64,000 nt of DNA from Cyanophora paradoxa CCMP329 (Eukaryota; Plantae; Glaucophyta), in NCBI GenBank assembly GCA_004431415.1, contig QPMI01000007.1, positions 21,532-85,531 on the forward strand, given 5' to 3'. The notes beneath the pieces are model-generated. The model worked only from the letters and a program-made list of their open reading frames with translations, made no database searches and was not told the DNA's origin. Positions within the stretch are counted from its first letter, which is position 1. Each line of letters starts with the position of its first letter. Made by a program: the position numbers and the translations under genes. This document shows, in pieces, positions 1-11,600 of the stretch.

Positions 1-14
1 AGGCGGGGGTACAG

Positions 15-248
15 GTGAACGAGTTCGATCGCCCGACGAACGTCGGCGAGACCCCCCCGCTCGAGCTCTTCGGCCTCGTCGACGTGCCCGTCATCGGCGA
101 CAAGCGCGTACCCCCCTCGAAAACCCCGTACCCCCCTCCTAACTTCGTTCGCAGGTGGGCGGACCTCGGGATCGTGTGCATCTTCTGGGCCGCCTTTCGC
201 GTCTTGACCTGGGTCGCCCTCCGCTACCTCCACAAGGAGCGCCGCTGA
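15..248 (+). CDS. 3' end of an ABCG (White-family) transporter; gene starts before the window
   Basis: Acceptor ...tacag at 14 and an in-frame 51-nt GC-AG intron at 104-154. The spliced text VNEF...LELFGL...KWADLGIVCIFWAAFRVLTWVALRYLHKERR* matches the typical ABCG C-terminus (xNEF motif, last TM helix, basic tail). Confidence 0.75.
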   Translation: MNEFDRPTNVGETPPLELFGLVDVPVIGDKRVPPSKTPYPPPNFVRRWADLGIVCIFWAAFRVLTWVALRYLHKERR

Positions 249-575
249 GCGCCGGCGGGCGGTCGCGCTCATTAGCCGTAACTTCATTCTAACGGCCATT
301 GCTGCTCTATTTCGTTGGTAGACAATCCGTTGTATCTTGTGCCGCAAGCCGCGAGCCCCGGCGCGTTCGACCGTCGGACTCTCAATTGCGATGATTCGGA
401 ATTCTTTCGCCTGTCGTTGCTTTGATTCGCTGCAGCGCTAGCGCCAAGGCGCTACCCCGTTTTCCCAATAGGGTAGGGAGCCCTGAGGTATTGCTCACAT
501 TAGATTAGTACGTTTACATAACTTAGTAACTGATAAATTAGTAATACAGAAACGATTTGCAGCCCGACCCGTTCG

Positions 576-880
576 ATGAACGCCACTTCGGATCCTGTTC
601 AGACGCGATTTCTACAGCTAGTGCGGGGCTGCGGCCGGCGCCCCGCGGCCTGCGAGCTCGAGTGTCAAACGCAGACCCCGGGCCTCGCATATATGCATCG
701 GCGCGGGCGCCGCCGGCGCGCGCCGGCGCCGGCCGACTCAAGCACCGCGGCCGGAGCCTCCGGATCCGGTCCGTGGCGCCGCCTGCAGCTGATCGATATC
801 ACGAAGGCATTGAAGGCAATTCGCGAGGGGTACAAGGCGCGATCCGAGCTTGTTGCATTCTGGCCCGCTGCTCACCGAGT
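576..880 (+). pseudogene. Possible orphan or degraded coding fragment
   Basis: MNATSDPVQTRFLQL | GTGCG...CTGCAG | LIDITKALKAIREGYK splices cleanly, but no family is recognised and it runs into the inverted-repeat element at 890. Confidence 0.2.
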
Positions 881-889
881 AACTGCCGC

Positions 890-1381
890 GAGCTCAGCGG
901 CTAATCAGCGCACAAGCAACGCATCGGTTGTGAGTCGGTGACCTCGCCCGCCGCTTCGACCGCGTTTCGGCAGCGGCGCGCTGATCGGCCGCGCGCGGCC
1001 GCGCGGCGGCCGCGGGTGCACGTGGGCGCCGCGCCCGCAGCGTTAGCTATAGCGGGACGAACTTCGGGAGACTCGGAGCGCCTCACACATCCTAGACCTC
1101 CAGCGATCCCGAGTGGATTCCCTCGGCGCTCGCCCGGCCTGCAGCTGTTTGAATCAACTGCAAGTCGCGCGCGCGCGGCGCGTGGCCGCGCGCGGTCCGA
1201 CGGTCGGTACTGCCGCGCGCAGCTGCTGCTGCAGCAAACACCGACGAGCGAGCCCGGCTCCCAACCTCGACCGCCCCCCGCAGCCGGTGTCGCGCACGGC
1301 CGCGGGCGCCGCGCGCGCTGGCGCGCAACTTGCGGCGCAAGCGAGCCTCTATCTTGGAGCAGCCGCTGAGCCGCTGAGCTC
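890..1381. mobile_element. Candidate MITE-like element with 13-bp terminal inverted repeats
   Basis: GAGCTCAGCGGCT at 890-902 and AGCCGCTGAGCTC at 1369-1381 enclose a non-coding interior. The 10-mer AGCCGCTGAG/CTCAGCGGCT recurs at 1361, ~19713, 29271 and ~35089. No clear target-site duplication. Confidence 0.35.
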
Positions 1382-1447
1382 CGCAGCGCTAGCTATAGCT
1401 ATAAGCTCACAGACGTCGGCACGTGAACGCGTTCAGCGGCTGCAGCT

Positions 1448-2115
1448 TCATGTTTCGAGGCGACTGGAATCGGTCTGATGGCCATGGCGGGCATGCGCAA
1501 GGCGCGCCTTTGCTCTTACATCTGCTTGGGGAGCTACCCGGCTCCCGGGTCCGCTGATCATGAGAATCTGCCACCGGACTGCAGGCGCCAATTCCAACGC
1601 GTCGACGTCGGGGAAGTCTTTCATCGGTTCGGTCCGGGATGAGTTCGACCAGGCGCACCCCGAGAAGAGACACCGCACTCTGGTCGTCGCCTTCACGATG
1701 GGCCCAGGTCCAGGTGAGAACGCCGGCGTGCCAATCAGTCGAATTCGCTTCTGAATCCGCTCGCATCGCACCTTCTGTCCAGTTCCAACTCGGCTGGAAA
1801 GGGGATCCCTGTTTCAGATAGAAAACGCGCAGATCTTGGGGGTTGTCGACGTCGACGTGCCTGATCCGAAGTCGAACGCCGGACAGCATGCAGCGTTCGA
1901 TGCGGCGTATGACCTTCTTAATCCTGGTGCGCCCTGGAGCAGATATCGATCTCCTGCCTTCTCCGCCCGGCTCATTCAAACTTTAGACATTAAATCATGC
2001 TAATTCGACCGCAATCGATAACAGAGGGAGTGGACGGCGTTAGCTTCATCCAAATTCCTCCCGTGGAACCGAAGTCAAATTCGAAGCACGCGTCCTCGGA
2101 TTTGTCGAAAACATG
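1448..2115 (-). CDS. Hypothetical spliced gene, divergent from the gene at 2428
   Basis: Exon-like text MFSTNPRTRAS...SLCYRLR|IKKVIRRIERCMLSGVRLRIRHVDVDNPQDLRVFYLKQGSPFQPSWNWTE ends at a GTGCG donor. No family recognised and the 3' end is uncertain. Confidence 0.3.
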
Positions 2116-2427
2116 CACAGCTCATGATCGAGACTCGGTGGCAGGGTTACGTAAAGGCAGGCTTTTTAAATTCGATCGCATGTTATACTTGAGATGTCAT
2201 TCCATGATTATCAATAGATCGCATATTAATCGAGAGTTCGCGCAGGTTTCTTGAATTTAGGGCTGAAGGCCACCAGCGCTAGCTCCACCAACGGCGCCGC
2301 ACATGTAAAGCTGGTCGCACGGGCCTGGAACAGTGTGCCCCTTTTGATCTAGCTATAGATCTGCCGTTCATTTCCACATAATCCGCAAGAAACGAGTTTT
2401 CACGCAGGCATTTTTAACCCGCAGCCC

Positions 2428-5400
2428 ATGGAAACTTCAAGCAGCAGTTCTACGGCTGCAGGGGTACCGGTGCAACCGGAAAGGGAGGACAGTGGAATGC
2501 GAGGTTTGCGCTCTTCTGTACTCCGTTCTTTCTTAACCTTTCGTTGAAGACCTGGGGGCGTAGGTGACGAAGTACTAGTTTTCGAGGAGGCGAGGGGCCC
2601 GCTCCCTCAGACAGTGGATGTCGTGGAGCTGCGCAAGAGCTACGACCGACGATACCCGTCGCTGCGCGGCCGGACGATCGTCATCTGTACCGATGCCGGT
2701 CAGATTTATAAGCCTAGGCCTAGGACGCCGAGCCCAGCTGCCCCTCAAAGGCATCATGGCAAACCGGTACCACGATCTTGCTGTCGCAGGGGCGCCAAGG
2801 CGGCGTTTAGTCGCCGGCGTAAACTTTGAGAGTGATCACAACGGCCGATGCTTCGGCAGAGAAGACCTTGCGGATGCAGTGGAGGTCGCGGTTGGCCGAT
2901 TAAGTGCGTTGCAGGCAGCGTACATGTGTGCTCATCAGAGTCTGGAGTTAAAGTTGATTTTCCCGAGTTGCAGGTGCAAATACGTGGTTTCGAGAAATAG
3001 GGAACGAGCAGGCGTGCGTGACGGCTGTCCCTCCTATGTTCCTGGGTGCGTTAACGTTCACACATGGCATTCTTGGGAAAGACTCCACGTACACTTTCTA
3101 GTAGGGCTGCGCATGCCTGTGGCCGCTGACTGCAGCGCAGGGTCCTCCGCTGACGTGATGTTAGTTGAGACAGAAGCCAACATCGTATTTGATATCAATG
3201 CGAGTAACCGCCAGCTTCAAGCAGTCGCTAAGCAGCTGCGAGCGATGTTTGAAAAAGAACACCCACGTGCAAGAGATCGCCCTATCATTATTTGCGGAAG
3301 GAGAATCAAGTTTGCAACTGATCGCCATAGAGGTATGAAGAAAATATGAAGAGACTAGCGCTTGAATTTACATAAAGCAGATGTCAGCACGAATGCACAG
3401 CCTCCCTTCATCGTTGATGCCATCGTTGTTTCCGAAGCCCCTCGACCGTTCCGCGGACTCCGCGGCTCCGCCGATCACGAAACCCCGGGCCCCTTCTTCA
3501 GCGGCGCGGTCAAGTTGGGGTCCGAGGCGCCCGTCGACAGCTTCGCTGTCATCGGTATTGACTCGACCCTGTCTAACACGCGTACGTTGAGCTTTCCAAT
3601 AGTTTACATTGACGCGTGCGGTGCGTTCGATTTCGATTAAATTGATTTCGATTTGATTTGATCAAAACTGCTGACCCTGATCAAAACTGCTGATGCCGAT
3701 TATTTTCATTTGCAGATCATTTTATGCCCTACTGCGCTTTCGATTACCAGGACGCACTACCGCTAGAGCTACCCATCATAAGCCTCGCCAGGCTCCCGCC
3801 GATCTTCGAGTTTCCCGGCCACGGCATAATGATCTGCAACTCGGAACACCGTGTGAACTTTGAGGGGGTGAAGACGCGCGACGAGCTTCTGTACTCGTTC
3901 CTCTGGGCGTACGACGCCAAATTCCCGCCCCAGCGCGACCCGAACTCGGATCCAGAGCGCTTCTGGCGGGATCCGGTCGTAGTCCTTGCCTGGATTCGGA
4001 TGCCGCTCGAGTCTTCAAGTGAGTATGGTGCCCAGCTTCTCAAGAGCATAAGCGTCACTGAGGTCACATTGATATGACGATAAGGGGTGACCTTAGCGCT
4101 TTCACAAATTGGCAAAGTGATTAATTTCGGTCTCTGCACAGACATTGGCAAGCCCGGAGAACTGTGGGAGTTGCGCACCAGCGTCCTCGCATTCGTCGGT
4201 TACCCCTTCGAGGAGATCAAGCACGTGTGTGACGTCGGCCGCCCTTTCGACGCCGAAACAAAAGCCGTCGTGATGAGAGCCGCGCAAGCGAAGATCGGTG
4301 ACCACGCCCCAGCCCACCAGCACCTTCGCCGCCCTAGGCTTCCCCCCTGAGTTGAAGGCGCGCTCAGGCTCTCTCTGGAGGAGTTCCGACGACTTCGACT
4401 GGGTCGCGTTGGACGTCGTTCCCCCGTTCAGTACCTCGACGGGCGGGAAGAAAACCCGGGCGGATTCAATTTCGAACAAGGTCGTCGCCGTTGAGCCAAT
4501 CTCAGAGGAAAGCGAGGGTCGACTTCGAGCGGAGCCTGCCGGGGCCAAGGACGGGGGGAAGAACCCGAAGAAGAGCCGGGCGGACACGATCGTCGAGCGG
4601 CTCCGCGAGCGGCAGCGGCTCCGCGAGGCCGAAAGGGAGCGGAAGAGCCGAGCGGAGGAGGAGCGCCGCGCGGCGGCCGCGCGGGCGGCAGAGGAGGGGC
4701 GCGAGGCCGCCGCGCGGGCGCAGCGCGAGATCGAGCAGCAGACACTGGCGAACAAGGTCCGTACTTTTGTGTTTAATTTTTGAATATTCGAAGAAAAGGA
4801 TATCTATAGAGGCCTGACGAGGGGTGGGCGTGCAGGCGGCGGCGGAGCGGCTGGTGCGGCGGTCGGAGTGGGCGAAGGCGCGGGCGCTGCTCGAGGGCGT
4901 GTTGGCCCGCGAGCCCGACTGCCTCCCCTCCCGCCTCGCCCGCCTCAGCGCGCCCCGCCCCGCCCCGCCCCGCTGCTCGTGAGGCTTCTGCCTCTGATTC
5001 CGAAAGCAGGGTGCCTGGTGGGCCTCGGGCTCTTCGAGGAGGCGCTGCGGGAGGCGGACCGCGAGCTCGCCCCGCGCCTCGCCGCCCGCCCCGCCGGCCC
5101 CGACGCCGCCGCGATGACCGCCGAGTGCGCCCCGCCCGCGGCGTTCGCGCCACACCGCGCCGCCGCCGCGCCCGACGCAAGCCGCGCAGAGTGGCGCAGC
5201 GGCGCGCGCAGGCGGAGGAGGGCATCGCGCGGCGCGCGCGGGAGGCGGCGGAGGCGGCGGCGCGGAGGCGGAACGAAAGGCGGCGCGGGAGGCGCGGGCG
5301 GCCGCCTCGGCTCCGGAGGCGCCCGCGGAGCCTGCCGCGCCCGCGAAGGACGAGGAGCCGCCCCCTGCCGAGGAAGCGGCGCCGCCTGCCGAGGCCGAGG

Positions 5401-8108
5401 CCGCGGCGGAGCCGGTGCTGGTCTGCTGTGAGGCGGAGTGCGCGCAGGCCATCCGCCCTCCGATGAGTGCGCCTTCCCCCTCCCTCTTCCGCCCTACCCC
5501 TCTTCCCCTCCTCCTCCTCCTCATCCCCTCCTCCCCCGGCGCGCGGCCGCCGCATCAAGACCCCCCCCCCCCCCCCCTCCCTCCCTCCCCACCCACCCTC
5601 CTCCGAACCCGTCTCACCCTCCCACCCCACCCCTCTTCATCCCCTCTCTCCCTCTTCCGCCCTACCTCCCGTTCCCTTCCCCTCCTGCCCACCCTTCCCC
5701 GCCAACCCCCCGCCCCCGCCCCCCCTCCCCCCCCCGCCCCGCCGCCGCTACGTCAGGCCCCCTCTCTCCTTCCCCTCTCCCCTCCCTCACATCTTCCCAC
5801 CTTCCTCTTTCCCGTCTCCCTCCCGCGACCCCCCCCCCCCCCCCCGCCCTCCCCGAACCTGTCCTCCCCTAGCATCTACCTCCCCTCAGCCCCTCACACC
5901 TACCCGCTCTCCCCACTGCCCCCACCTGCCCGCCCCCCCCCCTCCCCTCGCCTCTCCCTCCGCAAATCCTGTATCCACCCCCTCCCTCCTTCCCCTTCCC
6001 TTTCTACCCCTCCTTCCCCCCGCAACCGCAGCTCGCGCTGGCTTGTTGACCGACGCGGCGGCAGGTACGTCGAGGTGCTCTGCTCCCGCGACTGCCGCGC
6101 CGCCGCGATGCACAAGAGCTGCTGGCGCGCCCCGCCCCCCCACCCGCCGCTCCATATACCTTCTGAAGCCGCCCGACAGGAACCGGTTTAAGCGGGACCG
6201 GGGCCGGCGGGTGGCCGGCGTGCCGTGCCCTGCCGCCAGCTGCGGGGGCGCCGTCGAGGACTCGGAGGTCCGCCGGCCCGGCGAGCCCCGCCGCCGCCAC
6301 CGGCCCCGCCCGCCGCCCCGCCCCGCCGGCGGCCTCGGGGCAGGCGGCAGGGCCCGCCGGCGGCGACCGGCTCTCTCAGCAGCCGCCGCCGCCCCCGGAG
6401 CGGCCTCTGTTCGCTGCAGCGCCGGCGGCTGCCCCCCGCAACGGGGCGGCGGCGGCGGTGCCTGCGCGCGGGCCGCAGGTGCAGCCGCTGCAGGGGACGT
6501 GCGAGCTCTGCGGCAAGCAGTTCAACAGCGCCGCGCAGCTCGCGCAGGTGCGCCACCGGCCGGCTGTCTCGTGTCTGCGCCGGCCGTCATGTAACTGCGA
6601 GATCGGGGCGGCAGCACGTCGAGAGTGACGGGCACCGTCGCCGCGCCGCGCAGCGCGCCCGGTGCGCCCCCACGTCGACCGCTCGCCGCGCCGCGCCCGC
6701 AGAGCCCGCCGACCATTTCCGCAGCCCCACTCCACCGGCGCCAACCTCTTCCCCTCCTCCCGCCCCGACATTCCCCGTTCCCGTTCCCGTACCCGCACCC
6801 GTACCCCGCCCCGCCGGCGCCCCGCCCGCCCCCGCAGCTACGACCCCTTCGCTGCGGCCCGACGCGCCGGCATTCGTCCCAGGCCTGAAAGCCCCGCCCC
6901 CGCCCCCGCCCCCGCCCCCGCCCCCGCCGGCGCCGGCGCCCGAGTCCGCTGCTGCATTCGGTCCTTCGTCCTCCACCGGCCCGGCCCCCGTCCTCCACCA
7001 GGCCGCGGACCCGTTCTCCAGTCTGCCCGGGCCGCCTCCCCCCGGGTTCGAGGCCGGCCCCGGCGCCGCTCCGGCCCCCACGTCAAGCCTGGCTCGCCCG
7101 CCCAGCCCGCCTCGGGGCGTCAGTCCCCCCCCGGCGCCCCCGCCCGCCATCGGGCAGCGACCGCCTGCAATGTCGGGATCGGCCGCGGGCATCTCCGCGC
7201 CCGCGGCGCCCGGCGCGCGCCCCACGCGGCCCTACCTTCCACCCGGCGGCCCCTTCCGCCCCGCGCGTCCCGCGCCCGTACGCCCCGCCCGGCGTCCCGA
7301 CCCTCGCCCCGAGGCCCGCCCCACCCGCCCCGGCGGCCGCGGCTCCCTCCGCCCCGCCGCCCCCTCCGGCCCCCGCCCCGCCGCCCGCCCTTCTGGCCCC
7401 GCCGGTCGTGCCGGAGGACGAGAGGGAGGGGTACGACTCATCGGACGAGCCGGAGGGGTACGGCGTGCGGGAGTGCTCCGTCTGCCTCAGCAAGGTCGCC
7501 ACCGTCCGCTTCGAGCCCTGCGGTCCGCCCCGCCGGCCTCCGCCTGCACCCTCGGCCCATTCCCTGACGGGGCGGGCAGGGCACCAGCGGGCGTGCCTGG
7601 GGTGCGTGCGGACGATGCGGGGCACGTACTTCAAGGACTTCGGCGCACACTGCCCCTGGTGCCGCGCCCCCGTCCACTCCTGGCAGCAGGCCCGCCCCCG
7701 GCCCCCCCGCCCCCGCCCCCCCCTGAAACTCAAGGGGCGGCAGGTGGCGGGGGAGGAGGAGTATCAGGCGCCGGAGCGGTGCGTGCGCTGCTGCGCCCTG
7801 CGCCGCCCCGCGCCCCGCGACGCGCGGGTCCTCTTCCTCCCCTGCGGTCCGCCCCGCCGTCCCTCCCTCCTCCTTCTCCCTCTTTCTGGGGCCTCACGGG
7901 GGCGGGGCGGGGGGCAGGGCACTGGGACCACTGCCTGCGCTGCGTGCGCGAGCTCGCGCGGGCCGCCCCCGCCGGCGCCCCGCCGCGCTGCCCCGCGGCC
8001 GGCTGCGGCGCCCCCGCGCGCTGGCACGGGCCCCGCCACGGGCCCGAGGCCGCCGCCCAGCGCCGCGCCCTCGACGCCGGCTCGGGGGCCGGCGGGGGCG
8101 GGGCGTGA
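2428..8108 (+). CDS. Multi-exon putative E3 ubiquitin ligase: unknown N-terminal region, TPR-like helices, TTC3-like Cys-rich domain, C2H2 finger, PAM2 motif, two RING fingers
   Basis: TPR-like WAKARALLEGVLAREP...CLVGLGLFEEALREAD; YVEVLCSRDCRAAAMHKSCW|NRFK...CPAASCGG; CELCGKQFNSAAQLAQ|HVESDGH; SLRPDAPAFVP; CSVC..EPC|GHQRACLGC..CPWC; CVRC..LPC|GHWDHCLRC..CPAAGC. The join near 4300-4505 is uncertain, so this could be two genes. Confidence 0.6.
5474..6021 (+). repeat. ~550-nt C-rich polypyrimidine low-complexity tract inside an intron
   Basis: Dominated by C runs broken mostly by T. A similar tract lies at ~61330-61650. Confidence 0.9.
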
Positions 8109-8606
8109 GCCGTACAATCAATTAAAATCAAGTCGTCGTGAGTGATAATCACTGAGATAGGATAGTTATCAGTTACAGCCGCGTGGCAGCTGCTGATCAA
8201 TATCATTCTCCGATCATGGCCAGTGGCATGTATAGTCACACTGAGTTAGCGTAAGCGGTCGACGTCGATCTGACGTCGACATAATCGATATCATGATGAC
8301 CATGACGCCGTGCGCGCGGTGACGCTTGAATTTGCTCATGCTAGCCGCGCGCTGAGCGCCCTGCTCGTAATCCTAGTATAGCAACACAGCTTATAATTAG
8401 TTACAAACAGCTTAAGCTGAGGCTATTGACTCACCATGGCATGATCAGTGACTTCACGTGCACGTGCACTGGTGCCTTGAATCGAACAGCAAGCCAGATC
8501 CGTTTTGCTTCAGCTCAAATCTCACGATATTGATCAGGAGTCTACGTATACAGCTACACGGGACAGCAGCAGCCCGAAGCAGCAGTTATCGCGCGCTGGG
8601 CAGGCT

Positions 8607-11600
8607 TCAGATCTCGAGCCCGTTGAGCCCGGCGACGAGGGCGTCCCAGTACCCCCCGCTCGGCCTGCGCCGAAAATTGTAAATACGCTTAAGCGCTGGG
8701 CCGGGCCGGGCCGGGGCGCACGGGCGGTCCCAGGGGCCGGGCGGCGAGAAGGGCGAGACGGAGAGGACGCCGGCGCCGCGCCGGCGGGACTCGCGCAGCG
8801 CGGCCCGCAGCGCGCCCCCCGCCCCGCAGCCGTGCAGGACGTGCCAGAAGCGAGACGCCGGGTAGCTGTCCGAATGCAGTGTTAGAGGCGCGGGAGCGGG
8901 GTACAGGCTAAAAGAAGGGTGGGGTACAATGCGCACCTCGAGCGCCAGCGGGGGAGGAAGGTGGCGGGGTACGCCGCGCAGTCGGACGCTGCGGGCGGCG
9001 TCTCAGCGCGGCGAGCGAGGCAGCAGCACTCCACGCGGGGACCGGCACGCACCCAGATCGATCTGGAGGGCGAGGCCGGGCGGGGCCGGCATGATCATGG
9101 AAGCCGGCGCACGGCGGGGCAGAGCTCGGGGGCGGGGCTAGGAGCGCGGGGCAGCGGCTCCCCGCCGGCGGGGCGGGGCGGGGCGGGGCGAGGCTAGAGA
9201 AGGCGGGGGAGCCTAGGGGCCCCCGGCGGTCGGATGGAAGCGAGGGGGCTGGGTCCCTCGCGGGCGTGGCGGGGGCGCTAGGCGAGCCAGGCGAGAATTC
9301 GAGACGGGGAGGCCTAGGCCTAGGCCCAGGACCCCCGGCGTCCCCGGACCGGAGCGCACGACGAGGTCGGCGGCGCGCATGGCGCACTCCTCCACGCCCG
9401 TCCCCGCCCCCAGCACCGCCACCTGCCCGCGCCCCCGGCGTCAGGTGCACGCCCGGAGAAGGAAGAAATTTAGAGAGCGCCCCACTGAGATCCAAGATCT
9501 AGCTCTAGAGTGCATCTAGATCTAGTTTGGAGGGCCCGGGGCGCTCTCAGAGAGCGCCCCAGAAATGGAGGGCGCCCGGGGCCAGGAGGGCGCCCCGGTA
9601 AGCCTTGAAGATCTAAGCTCTAAAGTGTGTCCAGAACTAAAAAGCTTTCAGATAGAGCGCCCCGGGCCCCGGGCGCACGGCGGTGGAGCCGAAGGTGCGG
9701 CGGACGCGCCGCCGGAGGGCCGCGTAGTACCCCGCCGCCCCGCACGCCCTGCCCCCGCCCCGCGCTCAGACCGCTCAGATCGCTCAGAGGCGGGAGGCCA
9801 GTGCTCATATCTGACCCGCTGCCCTCGTCGAAGAGGATGCCCCCGACGCCCTTGTACAGCGCGCGGTACCCGTCTGACGGCGAGCGGCGGTCGCGAGGGG
9901 TCCGAGCGCGGAGCGGGCAGCCGAAGCTAAGCTTGGTGGAGTCGGGTCCGACGGTCGTACCGATGTCAGAGAGGGCGTCTCGGAGCGGGCGGGCACCCCA
10001 GCCCGTCCGCACGTAGCTGAGACGCGGCTCAAAATGGGGCGCGCTGTATAGCCGGCTACGGATCTCCGCACCCGAGGACCGTCACGCCGGCCGCCCGCGC
10101 GTCGCCGACGGCCTTCGCCTGCACGCGCGCCGCTCGGACCAGAGGGGAAATTCGGGGCGGAGAACGGGGATTGCGCGCGCACGTAGAAGGGGTCCGGGGC
10201 GCCCCCGGGCCCGTCCTGGGGGTTGAAGACCGCGTAGGCACGGACGACCTTCGGGGCGGCCCCCGCCACCCGCCTGCGAGGGCGAGGGTGTCAGCTCCCG
10301 TGAATTAATATTCGAGGGAGGCCGAGGCCGCGCACGCCCAGGGGAATTCGGGAATTCGGGGGGGGGGGGGGGGGAATTCGCGCACGCCCAGTAGGACGGG
10401 GAGCGCGTGCACACGGGCACTCCCAGCGCCTGCCTGCGCATTCCCGGAAATTCGAAGTCAGCGCGCCGCGCACGGGCTGTGAAACGGCGACCGGGCTCAC
10501 CTGAACGTGTCATCTGATTCTGAGCCCGATGCGGTCTTGTTGCCCGCCCCCTCCGCCGCCGCCGCCGACTGCGCCCCTTGCCCCCCCACAACCGCCACCG
10601 CGGGGTCCGCGTAGATGATCTGGGATCACCTGAGCCGTCTGATCGTCTGAGGCGGGGGTACGCGGATCGCGCGCGCACGTCAATGGGGGCCTCCTCGGCG
10701 TAGGGGTCGCTGGGGTAGTCGGATTCGGTCGGCAGGGAGGGTTCGGGCCACGGGCCGGAGGGCTCCAGCTCGCCCGCGGCCGCGGCCGGCGGCACGGTCG
10801 CGTTTCCGGCGCCCGTCAGCGAGGCGCGAAGGCAGGCCTGGGCGCAAGCAAGCTCAAGCTCAGAGAGTGCGCGTGCGGGCGGGCGGGTCGGGCGGGTCGG
10901 GGGGGCTGACCAGGAGCGGGGCGGCGGCGGCCTCGGCCTCGGCGCCGTCGAAGCTGACGCTGAAGCGGAGGCGCAGCGCCACAACGTCAAACGACGCCGC
11001 CGGCACCCCCGCGCCTGCAGGAAACTTAGAAAAGAGCGGCAGACAAAAAGAGTTGTTGCGCAGTATATATGCGCGCCCGGGAGGCGGAGGCGGAGGGCGC
11101 GGGGGGGCGGCGCCCCCGGGTCGGCGAAGAGGTGGGTGACGGGGGCGGAGGCGGTGCAGCCCTCGAGCTCCGACTCCACCGCCGCCGGGACGACCTGCGG
11201 GCAGGCGCGGAATGAATTCGAAATCGAAATCTAAAGCGAGCCCGCCGAAGGCGACGCCGAACCTCGCTCCAGCCGCCGGCGCCCGCCGAGAGGTCGAGTT
11301 CGGAACCGGCCTCCGGGCTCGTCGAGGAGCTGCGGGCCGAGACGCCGGCGCTTCCGTCGGCCACGAGAACCCGAAAGGCTGGGGACGCAGAGCGTAGCGT
11401 AGCGTGGCGGAGCGTAGCGGCCGCACCCGACTTCCCAGACGGAGGCGCGGGAGCACGAGGCGACGAGCTCGGCGGAGAGCAGCCGGGGCGGGCCGGCGGG
11501 GGGCCCGCCCTCCTCCCCGCCGCCCTCCCCGCCCCCCTCCTCGGCCTCGTTCTCCTCGGGGAGGGCGTAGGGGCGGGCGGCCAGGCAGGCCGGCACGGAG

